64,000 nt of DNA from Vulcanimicrobiota bacterium. GTDB taxonomy: Bacteria > Vulcanimicrobiota > Xenobia > Xenobiales > JADMJV01. A program made the translations under genes and the position numbers. Shown here one piece after another: positions 48,487-57,601 of the stretch. The notes below the pieces were generated by a model. The model ran no database searches. It was not told the origin of the DNA and was given only the letters and a program-made list of their open reading frames with translations. How positions within the stretch are numbered: position 1 is the first letter of the stretch; each line of letters begins with the position of its first letter. The stretch is taken from NCBI GenBank assembly GCA_050250895.1, contig JBFWNU010000001.1, positions 1,224,008 through 1,288,007 on the forward strand, in the 5' to 3' direction.

Positions 48487-48954
48487 CTAGAACAGCTTCA
48501 ACAATCCAGAAGCCTTGTTGAGCACTTTCTTTTCGTTGAGGTACGACAGGCGCCGACGGGCTTCGCCCAGTTCGAACCAGCGCACCGAATCGGCCTCTTG
48601 ATCGCGAGGCTGGGCGTTCTCTTCGAGCAGTTCCAGTAAGAAGAAGGTGACCGTCTTGTGGTAGAACGTCTTGTTTTCCTTAAGAAAGAAGTAGTAGTGG
48701 ATTTCGTCGAGTTGCTCGCCCACGCGCACTTTGTGTCCGGTCTCTTCGAGGACCTCGCGATAGGCCGTTTCTTGCAGGGTCTCGCCTTCGTTGACCCGAC
48801 CCTTGGGAAAGGCCCAGACGGCGCCGTTGCGCTTCGAGAGCAGGCAGACCATGATGCGGTTTCCGGCCTTTTTAAAGACCACTCCCCCCGCCGAATGCTG
48901 CTGGGCCTCTCGGGTTCCCCGAAACGCCCTTCTCTTGCGTTCATTCGGGTTCAA
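48487..48954 (-). CDS. NUDIX hydrolase (Ap4A hydrolase-like)
   Basis: SAGGVVF, FPKGRVNEGETLQETAYREVLEETG Nudix box. Confidence 0.92.
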   Translation of the reverse strand: MNPNERKRRAFRGTREAQQHSAGGVVFKKAGNRIMVCLLSKRNGAVWAFPKGRVNEGETLQETAYREVLEETGHKVRVGEQLDEIHYYFFLKENKTFYHKTVTFFLLELLEENAQPRDQEADSVRWFELGEARRRLSYLNEKKVLNKASGLLKLF

Positions 48955-50371
48955 AATTCAGGTCCTCGGTTTGTTCCTTCTCGAGCTTGACGTCTCGGGC
49001 CAGGTTGAGGTCGAAAAAGACCCAGCTTTGCCCCCCCCCGAGACCGTTGCGAGCGACCTGGAGGCGCGATACTCCTGGTACCACTTTGATGTCTCTAGCC
49101 TGCGGATCCTGCTGCATTTGAGTTTCGAATAACTTTACCAGGTTGCGAATCAGGTAGGGATGGAACTCGTACATCATCGGCACCACGAAGTCGACCTTCC
49201 AGTGTTGCCAATCCTGGCAGACGTAGTCATAGCCTGACAAACGGTACTGGGTGCCCATGTCGCGGTCGCGATAGTAGAGGGGCAGGACGGCCGCCGAGAG
49301 CTTCATGTGAGCGGGCAGCTGCTCGCGAAAGATGTCAACCAACTGTCGCAGCGACTCGCGTCGACGAGCCAGGATCTGATGGATCTCTTGGTAATTCTGA
49401 AGGCGCTGGGGATTGGTGGACTCGAAATATTGATAAGAACCGTCCTCGATGCCCAGGCGATCGGGAAATCCCTGGCCGTCGACGGGAAAGCGAATGTGAT
49501 CGAGGTGAATCCCGGCCAGGCCCGGATGGTTGTTGGCCAGGTTTTTGACCACGCGGGTCAGCTGGCGCCGCACCTCGGGGTGCTCAGGATTGACGTAGAT
49601 GGGGCGAAGTCGCTTGCCTCGCGGGGCCGGGAAGGGGTCCTCGGCAGTCTGATAGAGGAGGAAGTCGGGCGGTTCGGCACCGGCTCGCATGGCCTGGCGC
49701 AGCAGGATGCCGATGGGATGACCGTCGGCCTGCAGGCCGTGGTTGGCCAGGATCTGCTCGAGCTCGCGCCCCTCTGAGCTGGTGTCGAAGAGGCCAGCGG
49801 CATCACGCATGAGCGCCACCGTGTCGGGAGCGGCCCCGGGCTTGCCATCAAGCTTGTCGGCCTGAGTGCGCAGGTAGTCGGCCATGAGCTGATTCCACAA
49901 GCTGGGACCATTGTGCCACGGGTACATCACCTCGGTGTTATCCATCTTCCAATAGAAGGCATGGACCCAGGCGTGCACGTTGATGCCCTGAAGAGAGGCC
50001 TCTTCGATGAAGATCTGCAGCGGGTCGACCACCGTGTTGACCTCGATCTTGTAGTTCCACCACAGGTGAGGGTAGACGGGGATGCCGTGGTCGAGGCCGG
50101 TATACGGGATCACCCGGGCGTCGGTGCGATCGCGCTCGATCTCGGGGGCAATGGAGTAGCCTCTGAGAAAGCTCTCGAGGAAGATGTCGGTGATATTTTG
50201 GCGAGCGAGTTCTTCACAAGTATCTCGCGCTACCCGCCGGATCGTGGCTTCGTTATAGCGGCGGGTGCCGGGGAAAAACCAGTCGGGCGAAAGCCAGACC
50301 CCGGTGACATCGTCGGCCAGGGCGGGGGCCAGGGTCAAGAACAGTAGCAGGAGCGTGAAGAGGCGTTTCAT
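48941..50371 (-). CDS. secreted GHL10/DUF187 glycoside hydrolase-like protein
   Basis: Signal peptide, GVW, DPL, VHAW, NPEHPEVR, GIHLDHIRFP, QDW, PMMY. Confidence 0.82.
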   Translation of the reverse strand: MKRLFTLLLLFLTLAPALADDVTGVWLSPDWFFPGTRRYNEATIRRVARDTCEELARQNITDIFLESFLRGYSIAPEIERDRTDARVIPYTGLDHGIPVYPHLWWNYKIEVNTVVDPLQIFIEEASLQGINVHAWVHAFYWKMDNTEVMYPWHNGPSLWNQLMADYLRTQADKLDGKPGAAPDTVALMRDAAGLFDTSSEGRELEQILANHGLQADGHPIGILLRQAMRAGAEPPDFLLYQTAEDPFPAPRGKRLRPIYVNPEHPEVRRQLTRVVKNLANNHPGLAGIHLDHIRFPVDGQGFPDRLGIEDGSYQYFESTNPQRLQNYQEIHQILARRRESLRQLVDIFREQLPAHMKLSAAVLPLYYRDRDMGTQYRLSGYDYVCQDWQHWKVDFVVPMMYEFHPYLIRNLVKLFETQMQQDPQARDIKVVPGVSRLQVARNGLGGGQSWVFFDLNLARDVKLEKEQTEDLNFEPE

Positions 50372-50461
50372 CAATGAATCCGGTTCAAGCGAGACCGGCT
50401 TGATCCTGCGGAACGAGTGCTCGTTCTAAACCGCCGCGCCCTCGCCAGGGTCGTGGGTCCT

Positions 50462-52273
50462 TTAGAGCCAGCCGCCCCAGCCCCAGCCCCCACACATCAT
50501 CGACAGAGCGAATATGGAGGTCATACCCGCGCCCAGCATCATCCAGGCAGGCATCGTGCTCCACATCGGATAGGCGGGAGGGAAACAAGGCGCCGGGCTC
50601 ATCCAGGGGCCCGGCATCGTCATCGGACCCTGGGCAGCGCCGTAGGGATTGAAGCCGTAGGCCGCATAGGGGTCAGCTGGCTGATTAGGGTAGGGATTGG
50701 GTTGGCCGAAGCTGTCATAGTAGCCCCAATTCGGCGGACTCTGCTGCCGGCCGTAACCCGGGGTAAAGGTTTGGCCGGGGCCGAATCCCTGGGGGCTGTT
50801 GTAGCTGTAAGGGGCGTAAGGATCGCGAGCAGCGGGGCCGGCCTGGTTTGGCACGCCTGGCATGGGGCCCGGCATCGGGGGCACGTTGGGAGGCGTCGGC
50901 TGGGTAGCCGGGCTCTGAGCGGGGCCACCGGTCGCGTTGGGGTCAAAGCCGAAGAAAAGATAGTGGTCGTCGGGGGCGGTGGCGCTTTGCTGGGGATTGG
51001 CTTGAGGCGGCACCGGGGGCAGCGGCGGCGGGGTGGGAATCGCGCCGAGATCCACCTGCGGCTCGGGCTGTGCGGGAGCGCTTTCTGGCTTGGCCGCCGG
51101 GTCAAAGCCGAAGAACATGTAGGGGTCGTCGCCCTCGGCTGGGCCCTGGGGCCGGGTGGGCTCGACCGGTTGCGGACGAGGGGGCTCAGGCTGGCCCGAG
51201 CCGTGCATATCAAAGCCCTGATAGGGATCGGTAGGGGCAACAGGCGGTTCGGGGGCCGGGCCGGGACCGGTCGGTTTCTGGGGCGCCTGAGGTTGGTCGG
51301 CGCCGTGTGGATCGAAGCCGTGATAAGGATCTTGCGGAGCGGCCGGCGTGTTGGTGGGCGCCACGGGCGGTTCGATCGGCTCGGCCGGGGTGGGCCGAGG
51401 GGGAGCGGGTACCACCAGATCGTTGAGGCTGGCAGAGCCGAGTCCGCTCTGTTCCATCTCGCGATACCACTCTTGGGGAGACTTCTTGGCGGAGGGGCCC
51501 CCGGCGGCGACCGGCTCGGCGGGAGCTTCGGGCCGCTTGGCTTCTTCGGCCGGGAGAGTGATCGGCTCGGACGCAGGCTGGGGAGTGACGGGGGGGCTGA
51601 CCACCGTCTCTTCCACTGGCGGAGCGACGGGCTCGGCGACCGGCGGCGGGGCGACAGGAACCTCGGGCAGAGTGGCCACCGGGGGCAAAGCTTCTTCGGC
51701 GGGGGGGGCGACCGGCGGCGGGGCGACAGGAACCTCGGGCAGAGTGGCCACCGGGGGCAAAGCTTCTTCGGCGGGGGGGGCGACCGGCGGCGGGGCGACG
51801 GGAACCTCGGGTAGAGTGGCCACCGGGGGCAGCGGGGCGTCGGGTTGCGTGGGCACGTCTAACTCGGTGAGAGTGGAGGGAGCCGGGCTCGTCTGGCTCG
51901 GCACGACCAGATCGTTGGTCCCGGCCCAACCCAGACCCTGGTTTTCCATCAGGCGATACCAGTCTTGAGAAGATAAGGCCGGGGCGGCCGGCTGGCTGGT
52001 CTCGGCCGGGGCCGGCACTTCAAAAGTTTGGCTAGGAACAGCAGCGGGGGCTTCAGCCTCGATGACGGCCGGTGGGGGCGAGGCGGGCATGGGGGCCTGC
52101 TGGGGTGTTTCGACGGGTGGGGCCGGCGCTTCGCCACGCACGTAGAGATCTGAGAACGAGGAGGCGCCGATACCTTCGGCCTCCATTTGACGATAGAGCG
52201 CATGCGCGTCTCGCTTGGCGGGGGTGCTTCCCGCTCGTGAGACGGTTAGATTTGTGAGGGCCGCAGCGTCCAC
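50462..52273 (-). CDS. Pro-rich disordered repeat protein with a hydrophobic C-terminal tail
   Basis: 603 aa; RBS GAGG and TGnTACAAT upstream; repeated motifs. Confidence 0.75.
   Translation of the reverse strand: MDAAALTNLTVSRAGSTPAKRDAHALYRQMEAEGIGASSFSDLYVRGEAPAPPVETPQQAPMPASPPPAVIEAEAPAAVPSQTFEVPAPAETSQPAAPALSSQDWYRLMENQGLGWAGTNDLVVPSQTSPAPSTLTELDVPTQPDAPLPPVATLPEVPVAPPPVAPPAEEALPPVATLPEVPVAPPPVAPPAEEALPPVATLPEVPVAPPPVAEPVAPPVEETVVSPPVTPQPASEPITLPAEEAKRPEAPAEPVAAGGPSAKKSPQEWYREMEQSGLGSASLNDLVVPAPPRPTPAEPIEPPVAPTNTPAAPQDPYHGFDPHGADQPQAPQKPTGPGPAPEPPVAPTDPYQGFDMHGSGQPEPPRPQPVEPTRPQGPAEGDDPYMFFGFDPAAKPESAPAQPEPQVDLGAIPTPPPLPPVPPQANPQQSATAPDDHYLFFGFDPNATGGPAQSPATQPTPPNVPPMPGPMPGVPNQAGPAARDPYAPYSYNSPQGFGPGQTFTPGYGRQQSPPNWGYYDSFGQPNPYPNQPADPYAAYGFNPYGAAQGPMTMPGPWMSPAPCFPPAYPMWSTMPAWMMLGAGMTSIFALSMMCGGWGWGGWL
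51635..51831. repeat. 72 bp tandem repeat, about 2.7 copies
   Basis: Units start at 51636, 51708 and 51780; encodes LPPVATLPEVPVAPPPVAPPAEEA. Confidence 0.95.
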
Positions 52274-52298
52274 GTCAAGTTCCTCTCTGGCTGGCTGT

Positions 52299-52307
52299 AT
52301 TGTAGCA
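52299..52307 (-). promoter_or_regulatory. extended -10 element
   Basis: TGcTACAAT 25 nt upstream of the 52273 start. Confidence 0.55.
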
Positions 52308-52369
52308 TACCTTTGGGGGCCTAAAAAAGCATGAAAGGGAGGCCATCCAACCTGCCGAACAACCGCCGC

Positions 52370-53818
52370 ATGAAAATACGCGATCAGGTCGCCTTGACCT
52401 TCGACGACGTGCTGTTAGTTCCTCAGCATTCAGCGATTTCGAGTCGCAATGCGGTCGATACCTCGACCCAGCTGACCCCCACCATTCGCTGCGCCATCCC
52501 GATTCTGTCGGCCAATATGGACACCGTCACCGAGGCGGCCATGGCGGTAGAGATGGCCCGGGCCGGTGGTATCGGCATCATCCATCGCTTTCTCAGTCCT
52601 GAACGGCAAGCTCAGGAAGTCGCTCGGGTCAAGCGAGCCGAGAGCTATGTCGTGTCGGACCCCATCACCATCGAGTGGACGGCCACTCTGCGGGCGGCTG
52701 TCGAGCGGATGCGCGAACTCGAGGTGAGCGGACTGATCGTGGTCGACTCCAAGAATAAAGTGGCCGGCATCCTGACGGAGCGCGACCTGAGCCTGGTCGA
52801 TGACCTGAGCGGCAATGTGGCCGACCTGATGACCCCGCTCGATAAGCTGGTTACCGGCCGCCCGGGCATTCCTCTGGCCGAGGCTCGCCAGGCCCTCCAT
52901 CGCCACCGGGTCGAAAAGCTGCCCCTGGTGGACGAAGAAGGCTTTCTGAAGGGCTTGATCACGGCGCAGGACATCCTCAAGCTCGAACGTCATCCCGACG
53001 CCACCAAGGATGAACGCGGACGCCTGCGGGTGGGGGCGGCCATCGGGGTGCGCGACTCCGACATTCCCAGAGCCGAGAAGTGCCTGGAGGCCGGCGCCGA
53101 CCTGTTGGTGCTCGACATCGCTCACGGTCATTCCGACCTGGGCATCGAGATGGTGACCAAGCTGCGCAAGGCCTTTCCCAAAGCCGAAATCATGGCTGGT
53201 AACGTGGCTACGGCCGTGGGGGTGCGCGACCTGGCTCGAGCCGGAGCCAGCTCGATCAAGGTCGGGGTCGGTTCCGGCTCGATCTGCACCACTCGCATCG
53301 TGACCGGTTCGGGTTATCCGCAGCTGAGCGCGGTGGCCGATTGCGCCAAGGCCGCGCGAGCCGCTGGCGTCTCGCTGATTTCTGATGGAGGAATTCGCAA
53401 CTCGGGCGACATCACCAAGGCGCTGGCGGCCGGGGCCGACGCGGTGATGCTGGGCAGCCTGCTGGCCGGCACCACCGAGAGCCCGGGCGCCTCGGTGGTG
53501 CGGGACGGGCGGCGCTATAAAGTGGTGCGGGGAATGGCTTCGTTGTCGGCCAATGTCGAGCGAAAAGAGGTCGAGAGCGGGGCTCAGGTCGACCCGGCCG
53601 ACTGGGAACGGGTGGTGCCCGAGGGCGTCGAGGCGGTGGTCCCTTACCGGGGTCCGGTCCGCGACATTCTTCACTTGATGGTAGGCGGGTTGCGCTCAGG
53701 TCTGACCTACTCGGGCGCGTCGAGTCTGGCCGAACTGCGTGACAAAGCCGAGTTCGTGAGGATTACCGGAGCCGGCATTGCCGAGAGTGGTCACCACGAC
53801 GTGACCAGGCTGAGTTGA
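52370..53818 (+). CDS. guaB: IMP dehydrogenase with CBS pair
   Basis: [52 protein letters not shown]. Confidence 0.95.
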   Translation: MKIRDQVALTFDDVLLVPQHSAISSRNAVDTSTQLTPTIRCAIPILSANMDTVTEAAMAVEMARAGGIGIIHRFLSPERQAQEVARVKRAESYVVSDPITIEWTATLRAAVERMRELEVSGLIVVDSKNKVAGILTERDLSLVDDLSGNVADLMTPLDKLVTGRPGIPLAEARQALHRHRVEKLPLVDEEGFLKGLITAQDILKLERHPDATKDERGRLRVGAAIGVRDSDIPRAEKCLEAGADLLVLDIAHGHSDLGIEMVTKLRKAFPKAEIMAGNVATAVGVRDLARAGASSIKVGVGSGSICTTRIVTGSGYPQLSAVADCAKAARAAGVSLISDGGIRNSGDITKALAAGADAVMLGSLLAGTTESPGASVVRDGRRYKVVRGMASLSANVERKEVESGAQVDPADWERVVPEGVEAVVPYRGPVRDILHLMVGGLRSGLTYSGASSLAELRDKAEFVRITGAGIAESGHHDVTRLS

Positions 53819-54357
53819 TGACCGAGACGGAGGTTCTCGAGCTGATTCGGCGCGAGACGCGCTATCGCACGGGCGTCGGCTACGATGTCCACCGCTGCGT
53901 CGAGGGTCGGCGCTGCGTTCTGGGGGGGGTGGACATCCCCTGGGAGAAAGGCCTGCAGGGGCATTCCGATGCCGACGTGCTGGTTCACGCGGCCATGGAT
54001 GCGGTGCTGGGCGCGGCCGGGCTGGCCGATATCGGCACTTACTTTCCCGACACGGACGACAAGTTCAAGGGCGTCGATAGTCTCGAGTTGGCCCGGGAAG
54101 TGGCTCGTCTGCTGGCCAGTCACGGCTTCGAACTGTGCAATCTGGATGTGATGGTGATGGCCGAGGCCCCGAGGCTCAAGCCCCATATCCCAGCCATGAA
54201 GACCAGGGTGGCCGAAGCTTTTGGCCTGCGGCCCGACCAGCTCGGGATCAAGGCTACCACCAACGAAAAGCTGGGCTTCTTGGGCCGGCAAGAGGGCATC
54301 GCGGCCGTAGCCAGTGCATTGGTTCGCCAGGTTTGGCCCGCGGGCGGCTCCGGGTAA
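53818..54357 (+). CDS. ispF: 2-C-methyl-D-erythritol 2,4-cyclodiphosphate synthase
   Basis: GYDVH, GHSDADV, DIG..FPD, KATTNEKLGF.GR.EGI. Confidence 0.97.
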   Translation: MTETEVLELIRRETRYRTGVGYDVHRCVEGRRCVLGGVDIPWEKGLQGHSDADVLVHAAMDAVLGAAGLADIGTYFPDTDDKFKGVDSLELAREVARLLASHGFELCNLDVMVMAEAPRLKPHIPAMKTRVAEAFGLRPDQLGIKATTNEKLGFLGRQEGIAAVASALVRQVWPAGGSG

Positions 54358-54378
54358 GTTCTCGAGACGGAGGATTCG

Positions 54379-55065
54379 ATGAAAATTCACTATTTTGGCC
54401 ATTCGGCTATCGCCGTCGAGAGCGGCGGACATGTCGTTCTGATCGACCCTTTCTTCACCGGCAATCCTTTGCTCGATGCCGCTCCTAAGGTCAAGCCCTC
54501 GACCATCATCCTGACCCACGGTCACGAAGATCACGTGGGCGACTCGGTGGCCTTGTCCAAAGAGCATGGCGCTCCCATCGTGGGCGTCTACGAGCTGGCC
54601 AACCATCTGGCTGAGCAGGGTGCCCAGACCAATGGTTGCGGCCTGGGGGGGCGAGTCAATCATGACTGGGGCTGGTCGAAGTTCGTGCCGGCCTTCCATA
54701 GCTCATCGCACGGCGGCAAATACATGGGTATGCCCGCTGGGGTGATGATCAACATCGGCGGCAAGACCATCTATAACACGGGTGATACCTGCGTCTTCGG
54801 CGACATGAAGCTCTACTCCGAGCTTTACAAGCCCGAAATCGTGATGATGCCTATCGGCGGTCACTTCACCATGGACCTGTTCGAAGCGGTCAAGGCCGTC
54901 GAATTGATCTCGCCCAAACTGGTGATTCCGCTTCACTACAACACCTGGGATCCTATTGCCGAAGATCCAAACAAATTCAAGGCCGAGGTGGAACAAAAAA
55001 CCACCGCCAAGGTTAAAGTCCTCGAGGCCAAGCAGGTCTGGGAACTGTCTGAAGTCGGCGTGTAG
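54379..55065 (+). CDS. UPF0173 metallo-beta-lactamase-fold hydrolase
   Basis: GHS, LIDPF, THGHEDHVGD, GDT, PIGG.FTM, HYNTW. Confidence 0.9.
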   Translation: MKIHYFGHSAIAVESGGHVVLIDPFFTGNPLLDAAPKVKPSTIILTHGHEDHVGDSVALSKEHGAPIVGVYELANHLAEQGAQTNGCGLGGRVNHDWGWSKFVPAFHSSSHGGKYMGMPAGVMINIGGKTIYNTGDTCVFGDMKLYSELYKPEIVMMPIGGHFTMDLFEAVKAVELISPKLVIPLHYNTWDPIAEDPNKFKAEVEQKTTAKVKVLEAKQVWELSEVGV

Positions 55066-55084
55066 CTAGGATTCATCGGCTAAA

Positions 55085-55121
55085 TCGGGCAGGTCCTCGC
55101 CGGGCCTGCTCGAATTTTATT
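55085..55121 (+). terminator. probable intrinsic terminator
   Basis: TCGGGCAGGTCC/GGGCCTGCTCGA stem followed by ATTTTATT. Confidence 0.6.
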
Positions 55122-55124
55122 CAT

Positions 55125-56864
55125 ATGAAGTTTCGTCTGAGTCTATGTATGTTGCTGTTGGTGGCTGGCCTGGCCCGTGCCGACAATCGGATCGAGTCGG
55201 TGCAAAGCCAGGTCGGAGACGGCCACATCAGGATCTCGATCAAGACCCGTCAGACGCCGGTGTATTCGGTCTATCAGCTGAGAGCTCCCGACCGGCTGGT
55301 GGTGGACTTCATCGACACCGATGCCGCCTACAAGCTGGGCAAGGCTCCCCTGGCCAAGGTCGTGCGCGGCTGGTCGCTCGAGACCGTCGGCATTTCTCGC
55401 GCTCGTCTGGTGGTGGGCCTGGGCCATCGGCTGGCTCCCGATTCGCTCTCGGTGAAGGCCGATTCGAGCGGTTTGTTGGTGGACTTCGTCCCCTACTATC
55501 GCCGGGAAGAAACGATCGCTCTGACCCCTGCCGTCAAGTGGGTTCAGCGCGAAGAGGCTTTGCCCAGTGGCTATCTCTATTGGAATCAGCTCGAGGTGGA
55601 CCCGAACGACCCGGGCGTGAGCCTCGACATCGGGCTGGCCAAAGAGCGCCTCGACTCGCGCGAGACGACCTCGAGCATGGTCGCTCGCACCGGCGCTCTG
55701 GCCGGCGTGAACGGGGGCTTTTTCGCTAGCGCTGGCGGTCCGTTGGGACTGGTGGTCAAGGCCGGTCAGGTGCTGGCCCCACACGTCTCGCGCCGGCCAC
55801 CGCGCACCGTGCTGGGAGTGACTTCGGACCGCAAGGTCCAGTTCAACCGGGTGGTGGTGGCCCGGGGTAGACAACTCGAGTCGCGTGACGGAGGCAGCTG
55901 GGACGGCATTCAACTGGCGCTTGGCGGGGGGCCCCGGCTGCTACACCGCGGTAAAGTGGCTTTGACCACCGACGACGAAGAACTCGGTCCGAAGGGCAAT
56001 GACATCACCCGGGTGGCCGGGCGCACGGCCGTGGCCACTACTCGCGACGGCAAGTTGCTCATCGTGACCGCTTCGGGCTATCACGACAATCACCGTGAAG
56101 GCCTGGTTTTGGGCGAGATGGCTCGTCGGTTGGTTCAGGAAGGTGCCGATGAGGCGATGAATCTCGACGGCGGAGCCAGCGTGACCATGGTGGTCGGCAG
56201 CCAGGTCGTCTCGGACGGCCCCGGCAATGCCAGTCAAGAGAAGGCGGTGGCCACTGCCCTGATGGTGCGCGACGACCGGCGCCTGGCCTACCCGGCGGGG
56301 ATGACCGTGCAAGCCGGCAACTCGCGCCTGCCGGGCGACGGAGCCAGTTCGACCACCATCACGGCCCAGATCAGCGACCCTTCGGGTAAGCCCGTCCCTG
56401 ACGGCACGCCGGTAAGGTTCTACGGCTCCAAGGTCGGCGTCGAGCCAGGCCTGGTCAAGACCAGCAACGGCCAGGCTACCGCCAAGGTCACCTCCAGTCG
56501 ACTGGTGGGGCAGGGCGGCGTGCGCGTCGAGTGCGGTGGGTTGATGGCCAGCGAGAGCATCTATCTACTGGCGGGACGCCCGGCCAGCCTGGCCTATCGT
56601 CTGGGCTCTGGCACGGCCGTCAAAGGCCAGGCCGAATTTCAGGCCATTCCGTTCAAAGCCGAACTCCTCGACGAGTGGGGTAACCCGGTGGCCGGGCAAG
56701 CGGTCACTCTGGCCGTCGCAGGCAGCGAGGTCGAGGCTCGTCAGACCGACAACTCTGGCCTGGTGGCCGCCGAGCTCGTCCTGCCCGTCGCCGGCGGTCA
56801 GGTCACCGTGCGCAGCCCCGGCGTGCCTGACCTGACCTTCACCGCCCCGGCGCTCAGCGAGTAA
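55125..56864 (+). CDS. AMIN + phosphodiester glycosidase (NAGPA-like) + Ig-like domain protein
   Basis: Signal peptide; PDRLVVDF (AMIN); NGGFF, GGGPRLL, RTAV, NLDGGAS; VPDGTPVRF Big_1-like. Confidence 0.88.
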   Translation: MKFRLSLCMLLLVAGLARADNRIESVQSQVGDGHIRISIKTRQTPVYSVYQLRAPDRLVVDFIDTDAAYKLGKAPLAKVVRGWSLETVGISRARLVVGLGHRLAPDSLSVKADSSGLLVDFVPYYRREETIALTPAVKWVQREEALPSGYLYWNQLEVDPNDPGVSLDIGLAKERLDSRETTSSMVARTGALAGVNGGFFASAGGPLGLVVKAGQVLAPHVSRRPPRTVLGVTSDRKVQFNRVVVARGRQLESRDGGSWDGIQLALGGGPRLLHRGKVALTTDDEELGPKGNDITRVAGRTAVATTRDGKLLIVTASGYHDNHREGLVLGEMARRLVQEGADEAMNLDGGASVTMVVGSQVVSDGPGNASQEKAVATALMVRDDRRLAYPAGMTVQAGNSRLPGDGASSTTITAQISDPSGKPVPDGTPVRFYGSKVGVEPGLVKTSNGQATAKVTSSRLVGQGGVRVECGGLMASESIYLLAGRPASLAYRLGSGTAVKGQAEFQAIPFKAELLDEWGNPVAGQAVTLAVAGSEVEARQTDNSGLVAAELVLPVAGGQVTVRSPGVPDLTFTAPALSE

Positions 56865-57601
56865 CGGCGGCTCGTTTTGGGGTTAGCGCCGAGGCCCAAG
56901 ACGCCGAGGAGCGGTGCATCTCGAAGATGGGCGCTCGCTCGACTTGGGAAACCGCGGAGAGCCGCGGAGGGGTGGTCGCGGCGAGGTTGGCACGACGGGA
57001 GCGTTGGAGCCCGAACGTATTGGTAAAGGCTGTCGATGCTCGAGAGGTAAGCGGTGCCTGGAGAGCGAGTGGCCGCAGGGGCTTGACGGCTCGGTGGGTC
57101 AGCCGACTCGGCGGGGATTTCCTTGCGGAAGTTGGCTTGGCCGGGCCAGGCCGCGGGCTTGTCGGCCGGAGTGGGGCAGCCGCCGGGCTGGCGGACGGCG
57201 GTACGGCACCAGGTGGTGCCGGATTCGGCACGTGGTAGCGCCGTACTCGGGCGAGTTTGCTCTTCCGTGCTTGGTCTCCATTGGGGCGGCCACCGCCGTT
57301 TTTTTAGCACCTCGTTTCGATGTGGCAAAACCCCAACCCATAAATTCGCCAGGACGCTCACCCCGCGCCCCCACAACCCTCTCCGTGTCCTCCTGATCTC
57401 CGCGGTTTCATTTCTCAGGCGCCCCACTGGTGAGCCACACCGACCTGTGCTTCGACCACGCGCCACGCCGCCGAGGCGCCAAGGCCACGATCGACACGTT
57501 TCTCTCCGCGACCTCAGCGCTCTCCTTCAGAACTCCGCGTAAAACTCCAGCTTGCGCCGCCGTCCCGGGCTAAAGCTCCACCAGGCCGACCACGCCCTGG
57601 T
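56865..57601. repeat. non-coding region with degenerate REP/MITE-like repeats
   Basis: 13 bp IR GAAACCGCGGAGA (56948-56960) / TCTCCGCGGTTTC (57397-57409); recurring CCGCGGAG and CGCCRAG units. Confidence 0.5.

Noticed and set aside
51635-51831. Tandem repeat as a possible CRISPR array
   Set aside because: No unique spacers, in-frame coding repeat, no cas genes
56798-57542. Several 90-220 aa ORFs in the repeat region
   Set aside because: Pro/Arg/Ala-rich, mutually overlapping, no recognisable motifs
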